Under the pieces are notes generated by a model that searched no databases, was not told where the DNA came from, and saw only the letters and a program-made list of their open reading frames with translations. Below, one piece after another: positions 26,351-36,957 of a stretch of DNA of 48,987 bases. The stretch is from Octopus bimaculoides. Taxonomy: Eukaryota. Position 1 is the stretch's first letter. The number at the start of each line of letters is the position of its first letter. A program made the position numbers and the translations under genes. Where the stretch lies: contig NC_068990.1 of assembly GCF_001194135.2 (NCBI RefSeq), positions 6,182,485-6,231,471 of the forward strand, in the 5' to 3' direction.

Positions 26351-26550
26351 GGCTGTGTGGTAAGAAATTTGCTTCCTAACCACATGGTTCTGGGTTCAGT
26401 CCCACTGTGTGACACCTTGGGCAGGTGTCTTCTACTATAGACCAAGGCCGACCAAAACCTTGAAAGTGGATATGATAGGCAGAAACTGAAAGAAGCCTGT
26501 CATACATGTGTGTTTGTCTGTCTGTCTGTCTCCAGCCACTGCTTGACAAC
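26351..26550 (+). mobile_element. SINE family A in CIAO2A intron 3
   Basis: ggctgtgtggtaagaa..ggttcagtcccactg..gtgtcttctactatag..gaaactgaaagaagcc. Confidence 0.88.
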
Positions 26551-26735
26551 CAGTGTTGAAAGAAGTATAAGAAAAGAAAGATAAAAGGTATCAAGACTAT
26601 CAACATTGTGTTGTGTTAGTGACAAGATACAGAAGACATTGACTCTTCCGTTGGTAGTTAAACACTTTACTGTCTCATGTGGTGATGACATCCATGTTTT
26701 TCATGCAAAAGAAACAATAGAACATGTGGACTTAC

Positions 26736-26785
26736 TTTATGTAGCTCAGGAAAGTCTCTTTGAAGTTTATTTCGCATACATAAAC
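26736..26785 (-). CDS. CIAO2A: CIAO2A coding exon 3 (LCMRNKLQRDFPELHK)
   Basis: 50 nt, acceptor cttttctatgttcaag, donor gtaagt. Matches FAM96A LCLRVKLQRCLPFKHK, and the phases are consistent. Confidence 0.93.
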
Positions 26786-27085
26786 CTTGAACATAGAAAA
26801 GAATTTAAAGGAAACTTTTAACAAAATGAGAAAGAGTTATAAAATCTATAAATTTATACAACAAAATATAAATAAAGAACATTTATAAAATGTGGAATTT
26901 CCAGGGATGGAAATTTTTAATGTGAAATTAACAAATCTGAAATTCAAAGAACAATTAAGGTTACACTGTTGCACAGAAGCTTATTCATTTTTCATTCTCA
27001 TCATTACAAATGCAGGGAATCTATGCTTGGCCCATTGATAACATGTAACACACAAGGCTGATGTTAAAAAAGATGCAGGATATAG

Positions 27086-27310
27086 ATCATCACCATCATC
27101 CTTGTCTTTACATCCACACTCCATGTTGGCATGGATCGGATGGTCATCAGGGATCGAGTCAGTTCTTATTTGGAATTACTGCCCTCTTAGACAGGTCAGA
27201 ATATTACATCTTGCTCATATGTTATATTTTGTCATGGTTTCAAAAGCTGGATACCCTTCCAAACACCAATCCCTTTCCAGGGTGTACCAGATGCATTTTA
27301 TCATGATACC
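27086..27310 (-). mobile_element. Older diverged relative of the RTE tail family
   Basis: catcatc..ccatgttggcatggatcgg..agctggatacccttccaaacaccaa resembles the family motif gctggatgcccttcctaacgccaa. Confidence 0.55.
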
Positions 27311-27344
27311 TGCTCTAGAAAGATTATCAAGTCTTTGATAACAG

Positions 27345-27447
27345 ATCATCATCATCATCATCATCATCATCGTTTAACATCCGCTTTCCATGCTAGCATG
27401 GGTTGGACGATTTGACCGAGGACTGGTGAACCGGATGGCTGCACCAG
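27345..27447 (-). mobile_element. Short 3' end of the same RTE tail family
   Basis: (CAT)n followed by cgtttaacatccgctttccatgctagcatgggttggacgatttgac. Confidence 0.85.
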
Positions 27448-27640
27448 TGGTGGATTGGACAAAATGACTTACAGTAATTTTTCTGTTTCTTTACATTTTA
27501 TCCTGCAAAATTCAACTTTGCCTTTCATCTTTCCAAGGTTAATAAAACAAAATATTAGTCAAGTATTGGGCTTGATTTAATTGACTAAGCCCCGCCCTCA
27601 AATTTATGGTCTTGTGCCCAAGTTAGAAATTATTATTGTT
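27445..27640 (+). mobile_element. SINE family B, diverged
   Basis: ttcaactttgcctttcatctttcc..ggttaataaaa..tggtcttgtgccc. Confidence 0.6.
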
Positions 27641-28331
27641 GTTGTATTTTTGCTTGATATGTATCAATTCGTGTTACTGTAGTTTCAGCTGCATTCTACA
27701 TTTCAAAGTATTTTTTTTATAAAGAGAGAAAATTTTATTGAACTGAATCAAAATGAACTCAAGAGAAGAAATATCTCCAAACAGTTATTGAAACCAGATT
27801 ACAATCTCAATTTGCTTTCTCTCACAAACAGTCTAAATGTTGATATGCATCCAGTGATTTATTACAAAAAATATACCCACCTGATATAATGAATAGTTAA
27901 TTGTAAGACTGTAGTATTTTTCAAGAGGCAGCATTCTTTTTATATTCAAAAAGGTTAATTTCAGTTGAACATGCTTTGGCCATTCTTAAATTACAAAAAC
28001 CAAACCACAGTCCCATATTGTGTTGAAGGAACTTTGTGAAAAGCATGCATATCAAATGTTAATGATGATCTAGCACAATAAAGCATTAGATCTAATGAAG
28101 CTGATAATTGATGGTGAAAGGTGGATGACCAGTGGAGCATGAACATTATATGTACAAGCATGAACTACTCCTTTTAGAAATTGAAGAGGATGTTAAAAAA
28201 GACAGGAGACTCAGTGAACCCATGATGGTATGAAAAAAATGAACAATAAAATGATAATGATGTTGATGATGATGATAATGATGATATTGATGATATCTAA
28301 AACATATTGGAAAGAAAAGATGTCAACATAC

Positions 28332-28496
28332 CAATCAGTGAAGCAAGTGTACAATGAGGAACTGTAGGAATAAATTCAATGCGAATCAGAAAACATTGAT
28401 CTGAAAATCGTTTTACTTCAACTCCTTCCTCAGTCACAACATTCAGTTCCTCAAGGGTTTCGACTTTTTCTGGGTCTTTGATTCCTCGAATGAGAT
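28332..28496 (-). CDS. CIAO2A: CIAO2A coding exon 2 ([56 protein letters not shown])
   Basis: 165 nt, acceptor ttttctcatgtcag, donor gtatgt. Clear match to the MIP18/FAM96A motifs DLIRxIxDPEK-TLEEL and FxPTVPHCxLAxLIG. Confidence 0.96.
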
Positions 28497-28722
28497 CTGA
28501 CATGAGAAAAGTAGAGATTCAAAACAGGGAAAATTTGCTATAAAGAAAAGGAATAAAACCAGGTGGAATACAGTATTTCATTTTCAGAATTAATTAAACA
28601 TGGTCAAAGATTAATTAAACGTGGCCAAGAATTTATTAAATATGGCCAAGAAAGAGTTAAAATGTTTTATGAAATTCAAGGCATGATTTTTTCACATTGC
28701 TCATAAACTTATTTCAATATGA

Positions 28723-29054
28723 GGCAATGACTGGCACTTGTGCCGGTAGCACGTGAAAAGACATTCGAGCAAGGTCGTTGCCAGTGCTGCTAGACTGGCT
28801 CCTGTGCAGGTGGCACGTAAAATACACCATTTTGAGCGTGGCCGTTGCCAGTACCGCCTGACTGGCCTTTGTGCCGGTGGCACGTAAAAGCACCCACTAC
28901 ACTCTCTGAGTGGCTGGCGTTAGGAAGGGCATCCAGCTGTAGAAACTTTGCCAGATCAGATTGGAGCCTGGTGTAGCCATCTAGTTCACCAGTCCTCAGT
29001 CAAATCGTCCAACCCATGCTAGCATGGAAAGCGGACGTTAAACGATGATGATGA
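28723..29054 (+). mobile_element. RTE 3' UTR-only copy (truncated LINE or tail-sharing SINE) with (GAT)n tail
   Basis: Near-identical to 45149-45373, including ggcgttaggaagggcatccagctgtagaaa and the gttaaacgatgatgatg end. Confidence 0.88.
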
Positions 29055-29388
29055 GAAAGCCTATATGTAAATTACTCAACCAGCTACAAATAGCAGTTGT
29101 ATTTCATTTATATCACATGCTGCTGCCTTAAATAATGGTGGAACACACTGGTTAATGTTATGCTAAATAGTCTACGCCAAGTTGACTTGAGCCAAATATA
29201 CTGAGTTATAAATCTAACTTAGAGAGAGTAAGGCCCCCCACCATGCTAACTTAAACTGATTATAATACATGATTTCATTTTCTGAATGGAGCCAAAAACC
29301 CAAATAAATATATGGAACTTATTTTCAATATTTCAATAAAATACAAAGAAAATTAGTAAGCAAATGAATCAGCAGTTAGAAATATGAC

Positions 29389-29992
29389 TGAATCGTTAAC
29401 CTGTCGGACAAAACGTTTAGTGGCATTTCGTCCGTCTTTACGTTCTAAGTTCAAATTCCGCTGAGGTCAACATTGCTTTTCATCCCTTGAGGGTTGGGTC
29501 GATGAAATAAGTACCAGCCGAGCACAAGGGTCGATGCAATGGATAATCCCCATCTCCCAATGTTTCAGTCCTTGTACCTATAGCAGAAAGGATTATAACT
29601 ACTATTAGGGCGGCGAGCTGGCAGAATCGTTAGTGCGTCGGACAAAATGATTAGCGGTATTTCGTCTGTCTTTACGTTCTGAGTTCAAATTTCGCCGGGG
29701 TCGGCTTTGCCTTTTATCCTTTCGGGGTCGATAAATTAAGTACCAGTTGCATACTGGGTCGACCTAATCGACTGGCCCCCACTCCCCAAAAATTTCGGGC
29801 CTTGTACCTCGAATAGAAAAGATTAGCGTTATTTCTTCGGACTCTTTACGTCCTGAGTTCAAACTCCGCCAAGGCCAAGTTTGCCTTTCATCCTTTCGGG
29901 ATCGATAAAATAAATATTAGTTGAACACTGGGTCGATGTAACTTATCCTTCTCCTCAACATGTACTGCCTTGTGCAAAAATTAGAAATTATA
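29389..29992 (+). mobile_element. Three tandem SINE family B copies (29389-29596, 29608-29825, about 29823-29992) in CIAO2A intron 1
   Basis: The core tttacgttctgagttcaaattccgc..tttgcctttcatcctttcggggtcgataaa occurs three times head to tail. Confidence 0.9.
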
Positions 29993-31324
29993 CTTTTTTT
30001 TTCACCCCAAGAAAATAATTTTCAGGGGGAAATAACTCTCAAAACTTTCGTTTCAGCTAACTTTTTCACAAATCAACTAAATTTTTAAAATAATGAAACA
30101 AAGTTGATCAAAATAAATGCCTTAAATAAAAAGGTTACCACCTTTGTTGCAGCCCTCGCCAGATATTATATTGCGCACGAGAGAGCGTGGTGTACATACG
30201 TACATACGTACGCGCATACATACATATATACATACATATTGAGAGAGATCGACGAAAAACTGCTAACGACTATTTACACAGTAACAGAAATACTAAAATA
30301 GATTGACTCGATCAGAGTTAACCCGTAGTTTATATAGAAATATATGTTTAAGTTCGAAACTTCATCATGCAATTTTCGCTGTCACAGAATATACTTAGTG
30401 CCTCTTTTACTTGGCCAACACCATTATTTTGTTGTTGACCCCATCCAATTTGTATTCAAAAACTGTTGTCTACAATATTGAAATGGGTGAGACTTGCGAT
30501 TTTCAGGAATTTCATTCGGATTCTTATTTAAATTGACCTATAAAAATCACAGCTGGATCGATAAAACGAGTAACCGAACCAAATGATTTCGATCGACGAG
30601 AAGAAATTGTACACATACCATCCACCTTCAAACAAGTTCGTGTTTGTCAGTTGTCAGCCATCATCGAGCAAGATCTATGATCAATGATGTGACCATCTGT
30701 CTATTTTTCTCTCAGGCAAAGTGTCCCGAGAACTACATTATTCAAATGTCCTTCTTTCTTAACACGGCATGGTGTGGTTTGAGAGATTCGAACAACCCAA
30801 ATAGAATTCAGCTCGCACAGGATTCGCTGAAATGAATGTGCAGCGAATTTCAATTCGATTTAAAACGCGACTAGTCATTAAAGAAGTAAAATTCTGTTTG
30901 TATTTTTAGAATTTCCAAAAAATCAAAAGCAGAAATGACATTTTTTTCCTATAAAATGAATCCAAAAACAAGTGTTCGATAAATGTTTCGGTTAGTTTCA
31001 GAATCGCCAAAATTAGAACTTGTTAAGTACTAAAGTGAATTTGAGTTGATCGGAATCTCCTTTAAATCACAATAAAGAAGTATATATTAGACGATATAGA
31101 CACCGATATAGAAAAAGACGAAACATCCGCGATCGAAGCAGGGATAAAGGCTGTCCCAGCTTGATTCATGGTCTGGGCTGACCTGGGTTAAACAACAATA
31201 ACATTTGTTGTGTTAAAGTGAAATGTAATGACACTAGCACACTTCATCGCCACCAAAACTTCCGTCGGAGTTAGAAATCCAAAGTTCCTTTTTTTAAGCG
31301 CGCTCAGAGGCAGGTGCTTCTAGC

Positions 31325-31721
31325 CTCTACGTAGTTGTTCGATCTGCTACAAAATGTAGTTAAGTCTCCCTTTGGAGACTGGAAAATGCAATATGGGATC
31401 TACAGTACATTATGTCCGAAGAAAAGAGGGGATAGTCAAGTCTGAATGTTTTTGATCATAGGTCTGCCTATTTGATCAGTCTCAGCTGGAAGATAAACAA
31501 GGAGGACTCTTTCTTCGGTTAAGCTCCTAGTTTGCTCTTAATGTAACCGCTAGGCTATCATCAAAAGCGTTCCATCTACGACCAACCCACCTTTTTATCT
31601 ATTCAGTGTATCTAAGACTACGTTATCTAATGTTTTGTTGTTTTTTTAAAGATGGTAATGCTTGATTTAAGGGATATATAATTTAGCTGCTATTTCTAAT
31701 AAGTCGAACGACTACATAGAG
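31325..31721. repeat. Two oppositely oriented copies of a dispersed ~200-bp repeat (31325-31468 and 31552-31721)
   Basis: ctctacgtagttgttcga on the left versus tcgaacgactacatagag on the right. Family members also at about 7615-7790, 7880-8020, 21190-21415, 25420-25605, 32510-32600 and 33260-33360. Confidence 0.7.
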
Positions 31722-32276
31722 ACTAGTTTGTTGACTAATGTATTTGAGATGAGAAGGATAAGTAAAATTCAAAGGGCACCAAAAATTTGTGCATTCTCAT
31801 ATATACCCATCTTACGAAAGGTTAAATGAGTCTGCTATAGCATTTAATCCTAAACAAAGAATGGGTTTTGTCACTATTATTAATATTAAGATTCTTCTGT
31901 ATTACATGACGACGTGTTAGCGTTTTCAAATAAATATAGAATTTCTTTTTGCTAAAATAGTAATATTCGCTTGCGTATAAGCATTTAATTTACAGTATCT
32001 AGATATGCGGACGAGGTTAGTGAAAACCGGTAGGATTTGAACGCAGAATGTAAAGTGGAAACAATTCTGGAAAACAGTTGTAACCCTCTACCCGCGCTCC
32101 ACCAACACAATATGGGTGTAAATAATGTTTAAATTAATAATAAATATTTAATCGCTAATTTAAAACAGCAAAAAATATTTTATAAAAAAAAAGATCGCAG
32201 CTAGTTTGGGACGTATGACTGCTTCTTTTATAATTTTTGTAATTAATTAATATACAGAAGAAATTTTTTTAAATAC

Positions 32277-32352
32277 CGAAAACAGTTTCCTTCATAGTTT
32301 GCAATTCTTCGTCCACATTCTCATCATCAGTAAGTTCGTTGCTGTCACACAT
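32277..32352 (-). CDS. CIAO2A: CIAO2A/FAM96A coding exon 1 (MCDSNELTDDENVDEELQTMKETVF + first nt of D)
   Basis: ATG at 32352-32350 with A at -3 and an in-frame TGA five codons upstream; 76 nt ending in a GT donor (g|gtattt). Phase 1 joins exon 2 to make Asp, and TVF-DLIR mirrors the FAM96A EVY-DLIR junction. The N-terminus is poorly conserved, so this is the least certain exon. Confidence 0.8.
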
Positions 32353-32956
32353 TATAAAATCGTGTCATTGACAGCTACACATAATTCACGGTTCCATTTG
32401 TAAAGCACATGCTTTTGTATACATCAACTGATGCAGGAACTCTCAATCGTTGAAGACTGTTTTAGATCAAAGTAAGGTCATCAGTCACAGATGTTAATAG
32501 TAAACAAGGCAACCTCTGCGTGGTCGTTCGGTACGCTAGAAATAGCGATCAAGTTTCTATCATAACAACAAACGTACTACTGTCTTTAAACAAGAAGTTA
32601 CTCACTGGACGATGCAGGGGCCTTCGTTACTAGCAACAAACTTGTCAAGATCACTTATAATTTTGTTCGTTAATTTCCGTAAAAAACTTTTATTTCTGTA
32701 CAACTCGAGAAAGTGGAAGGTGTACGTACTTGTATATGAAATGGACGTGAGTGTGTGTGCGCGCGCGCGAGAAAGTGAAAGTGAGTGAACGTGTGTTGTC
32801 ATGTATGCATTCTTTACATGTATGTGTAAGTGGCTCTCTTTCCGTCACTTTCACACACACACACAATGTGTGTGTGAGAGAGAGAGACAGCGAGTGAGTG
32901 CCTCTTACACATACATACAAAAAAATACATACATGACAACACACACCTTCACTCAC

Positions 32957-33013
<57 letters not shown>

Positions 33014-33472
33014 TGTCCATTTCATATACACGTACATACATCTTTCACTTTCTCGAGGAGTAAAGAAATTTAAAAAAATTTCCGGAAATTAACAAACAAA
33101 ATCATATGAGATTTTGACACGTTTACTGCTAGTAACTAAGGAATGCCCAATGCAGTCATAGATACACAAAAACACAGAATGGTCACAGTTGTAACACCTT
33201 TTATCATGCTTACCTGATTACAACTGACCTAAACAACAATATTAAGTGTAAACAAACCAAGGAAGAATCCCCTAGAAATAGTAGCCAAATCTCTTAAATC
33301 ACACCCTAATGACTTAAAAAACAGTCAAGAACATATGGCATAAAATATGACCCACCTGGTAATAATGATGAAGAACCCCAATGGTTTGCAGTGGTAAGAT
33401 TTTGCTTACCAGAAAGATTTCCTCATTTGTAATTCTATCTCACCAAGTGACTTCTTTGAGAATCTTCTATAA

Positions 33473-33819
33473 CAGTGTTTCTCAACCTTTTTACCCTTGT
33501 GTAACCCTTGAAATAAATTACATGTCTCAAGGAACCCCTACACAAAAAAAAATTACATACCATATCTTTCTCATATTTTTTCATCGTAGTTCATGTGGTA
33601 AATATCATATATATTTGTTATATTTTTTTTTATAACATAATAGGTTAGATAGGATGATTTCTATATTACAATATTACAATAACCAATAATATGTTGTGTA
33701 TGTATAGTAATATTACGATCATGAAATTAATATTAGCTTATCTCACACTTTCTTGTGGAACCCTTTGGAACCTTTAGCAGCACCTTAGGGTTCCAGAGAA
33801 CCCTGGTTGGGAAATGTTG
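33473..33819. mobile_element. hAT (Charlie-like) non-autonomous element
   Basis: TIR cagtgtttctcaacc versus ggttgggaaatgttg (11/15, transitions only), with ggaaccc sub-terminal motifs. The 8-bp TSD is not cleanly preserved. Confidence 0.65.
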
Positions 33820-33979
33820 TTCAATAGATATCATCAGTGGGCTGTGTCTAGCATTTTGGTCATTTTTGCCAACATTTTTCCATGTTTCACTGCCATACAG
33901 AACCACTGGCAGAACTATTATAGTTTCTGTCATTGGGTGCAAGGCCATACTGGTATGTCACCTTGAACAGAGGAATTGA

Positions 33980-34152
33980 ACAAATTGACCCCGGTACTTA
34001 ATTTTTAAGTCTGGTACTTATTCTATTGGTCTCTTTTGCCAAACTGTTAAGTTATGGGAACATAAACAAACCAGCAATGGTCTTTTTTATGGCCGGGTTC
34101 CAACCTGAGCCAAAGCAAAGGTTGTCAAGCAGTAGATGGGGACAAATGCATG

Positions 34153-34190
<38 letters not shown>

Positions 34191-34356
34191 AATATATATA
34201 CACCAGGTTTCCATACAGTTTCCATCTACCAAATCTACTCACAAGGAATTAGTTGGCTATGGGTTATAATAGAAGACACTGGTATCCTGGGTCATGCAGT
34301 GAGACTGAACCCAGAATCGTATAGTTGTAAAGCAAGTTCCTTCACCACACAGCCAT
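33980..34356 (-). mobile_element. Near-full-length SINE family A with internal (CA)n
   Basis: Head, (CA)n, gcttgacaacc body and ggcaaaagagaccaatagaataagtac 3' part all present in reverse. Confidence 0.85.
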
Positions 34357-34661
34357 GCCTGCAGTATATAGCCAAGATCCAAAACAAATACTCAACAGAA
34401 TATCTTACATAACTGCAAGGTCACAAGGACCTGTGAAAGGTGGGGTTAGCCACTACATCAGTCTTCTGTCTGGAGAGCCAAGGAGAAGCTCGTGAACATC
34501 TGATAAGCCTCCATCTCTAAGAAAATACATCATAGCGTCTCAAATTTTGAGAGGATTCATTCCACCGCCACTCAATAAGCCCAAAAGCAGTTATATTCCA
34601 TCTTGCATGTTTGTCTCAGAGGCCCTGACAGTCATACACTTGTGCAAAGGGGCATAGAGTC

Positions 34662-34947
34662 TGTTGTAACGTCGGTTCCTCCCACTGGGTTGATGTGTGA
34701 CTGCCGTTGTACTGTAGTTGCTGTTTCACGCTAGTAGCCACAATAGTTACTAGTTGGCGGATACCGCTGCATTTCTTTGTACCAGAATAGTAATACACTA
34801 ACTTCTTCTGTCTTACTATCACTAATAGCTCCACCAGACACTGACTAGAACTGTTGACTCTCAACTCTTCAACTCTCTCTTGATGACTGGCTATTGGTCT
34901 ATTTATAATGGTGGGTTCCTACCACTTTTTACAATATCTATACAACA
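34662..34947 (-). mobile_element. Probable solo LTR
   Basis: 286 bp bounded by the 7-bp inverted termini tgttgta..tacaaca (TG..CA), with a minus-strand tataaata at 34907-34900. No matching TSD seen. Confidence 0.4.
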
Positions 34948-35159
34948 TTTCCCCTTTTAATCATTTTATTTAATAATCAATTTCTTTTATTCACCCCCAC
35001 CTCCTATATATATATATATTCAATATCATTTCTTCTTAGGGTCTACTTTTAGAAATTCAGTATTCTTCCTTTTCCTTGTACGTGTGGTTTTGACTTCTTG
35101 TTATGGTGTTGGAAGCTGAAAAGTGTCATTTAGCCAAGCCATCGGTATTTCTGCTGTTG

Positions 35160-35240
35160 GTTAGGGTTAGGGTTGGGGTTTTAGGGCTAGGGTTAGGATT
35201 TTAGGGTTAGAGTTAGGGTTAGGGTTAGGGTTAGGGTCAC
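35160..35240 (+). repeat. Degenerate interstitial (TTAGGG)n tract
   Basis: About 12 units, several perfect consecutive ttaggg plus variants (ttgggg, ctaggg, ttagag). Confidence 0.9.
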
Positions 35241-36059
35241 GGTTAGTGTTGGGGAAAAAAACGTCAAAATTGAAGAATTAGGAGGAAGGGGGNNNNNNNN
35301 NNNNNNNNNNNNNNNNNNNNNNNNNNNNNNNNNNNNNNNNNNNNNNNNNNNNNNNNNNNNNNNNNNNNNNNNNGGGGGGGGGGGCGGAAGTTATTCCATT
35401 TCTCTCGAACATAGTAATGATTCCTCTGTTTATGGCATAATACGAACATAGCAGAAACAAAGTGGCTTCCATTCAAAAACTTAAAACCGGAAAACACTTA
35501 GCACGGTGCCCTTGGAAGTGATGGGGAACATCTTTTCAGCATACAAGAATTTTCGAAAAATAATGTTTTCTTTTTACCCACTTTTTACGCACTTAAAAAC
35601 GATGGGAGAAACCTTTCCGTTAAAAAAATATCTTTTTAACCCCATTTTTATGAATTTCTTAACATGGGTGTTTGAGTGTAACGGAAAAAGTTACCTTCCA
35701 TGTTTCTTGGTGAAAAAAAAACATCAGTTTTCGAAAAAAAAAATTTTTTTAATAAAAACATGCTCCTCATCATTTCCAAGAGCACCGTGGGAAAAAAAAA
35801 TCTGAAAAATCTCCGTAAAACGGGGAAATTCCAACTTGTGTGTGCTACCTATCGCTAACGTTCACCATATTTTACTTTCTTTCTTTTTATTTATTCATTT
35901 ATTTTTGTTCATGGCCAACCCAGCTATTACACTTTTTTATTTCGTATAACCATTTGGGTGCTAAAATCGGAAGTGAAGCTATTCGATTTGCTGACAGTAC
36001 CAATCACTTCACTGCTATTAACATACCGGAATTTTAAGAAAATGGTAAACATTCAGTGA

Positions 36060-36236
36060 TACACCGTCTACATGCGCAGACTTTTCTGACGAAGTTGTCA
36101 ACTGTCCACACACGACCAAATTGTTGTATTCTTCATGAAACTGCAATCTATTACTGTGTTCAAACAGTGCCTAAATTCAGAGATATTCTCCAGAAAGATT
36201 TTATATTTTAACCCGATAAAAGGGCTTCACGTAAGT
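36060..36236 (+). other. Candidate non-coding first exon of the ZNF gene ending in a strong donor
   Basis: cac|gtaagt donor at 36231-36236 in a CpG-containing region upstream of the ZNF acceptor. The start position is unknown and there is no transcript evidence. Confidence 0.3.
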
Positions 36237-36638
36237 GTCTTAAACCTAAAAGAAGCACAAGTAGTTAAATATATGTCTGGTCATAGAGTGACCAATGGTT
36301 TCGCATCTATAAAGTGCTTATCTTTATAGACTCTAATGGTAGAGGATAGGCAATTCTTCGGGGGTGGTCTCAGACAGATAAAACTGTTGTTCGGCTATTT
36401 CTGTATAAAATGTTTATTTCTTTAATGTTTATTTTTTGCAGCTGAACAGTGAAAAACACGGTCGCGCATACACACATTGTCTTTCATTGCACGGGCGACT
36501 TGAACAGTGAAACATACATATAGATACATACACATACATAAATATACATGCTCTATGCTTTCACAAATCGCTTGTTTTACGTATTTTTGTGTATGTATGT
36601 GTCTATGTGCATGTATGTATATTTGTGTGTATGGATGT

Positions 36639-36957
36639 GGAGGCGCAATGGTCTAGTGGTTAGGGCAGCGGGCTCGCGGTTTCGATTCCCAGACCGGGCG
36701 TTGTGAGTGTTTATTGAGCAAAAATACCTAAAGCTCTATGAGGCTCCAGCAGGGGATGGTGGCGAACCCTGCTGTACTCTTCCACCACAACTTTCTCTCA
36801 CTCTTACTTCCTGTTTCTGTTGTGCCTGTAATTCAAAGGGTCAGCCTTGTCACACTGTGTAACGCTGAATATCCCCAAGAACTACGTTAAGGGTACACGT
36901 TTCTGTGGAGTGCTCAGCCACTTGCACGTTAATTTCACGGATCAACTGGAACAGTCG
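36639..36957 (+). mobile_element. tRNA-derived SINE (fourth family), little decayed
   Basis: ggaggcgcaatggtctagtggttagggcagcgg..ggtttcgattcccagacc: clear A box and B box, followed by a unique body. Confidence 0.8.

Noticed and set aside
28297-28503. Single-exon 68-aa ORF MSDLIRG...
   Set aside because: It is CIAO2A exon 2 read through its splice sites; the ATG and the tail after LIG are intronic.
30340-30700. Minus-strand VKEALSIF resembling a GIY-YIG C-terminus
   Set aside because: A single short motif only, not enough to call.
35500-35840. Homopolymer-rich stretch with odd composition and a 99-aa ORF
   Set aside because: It lies just after a G-run gap and looks like low-quality or low-complexity sequence; no protein similarity recognised.
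36639-36720. tRNA-like sequence (also 24101 and the SINE A heads)
   Set aside because: No complete cloverleaf; each continues into a SINE body, so not a tRNA gene.
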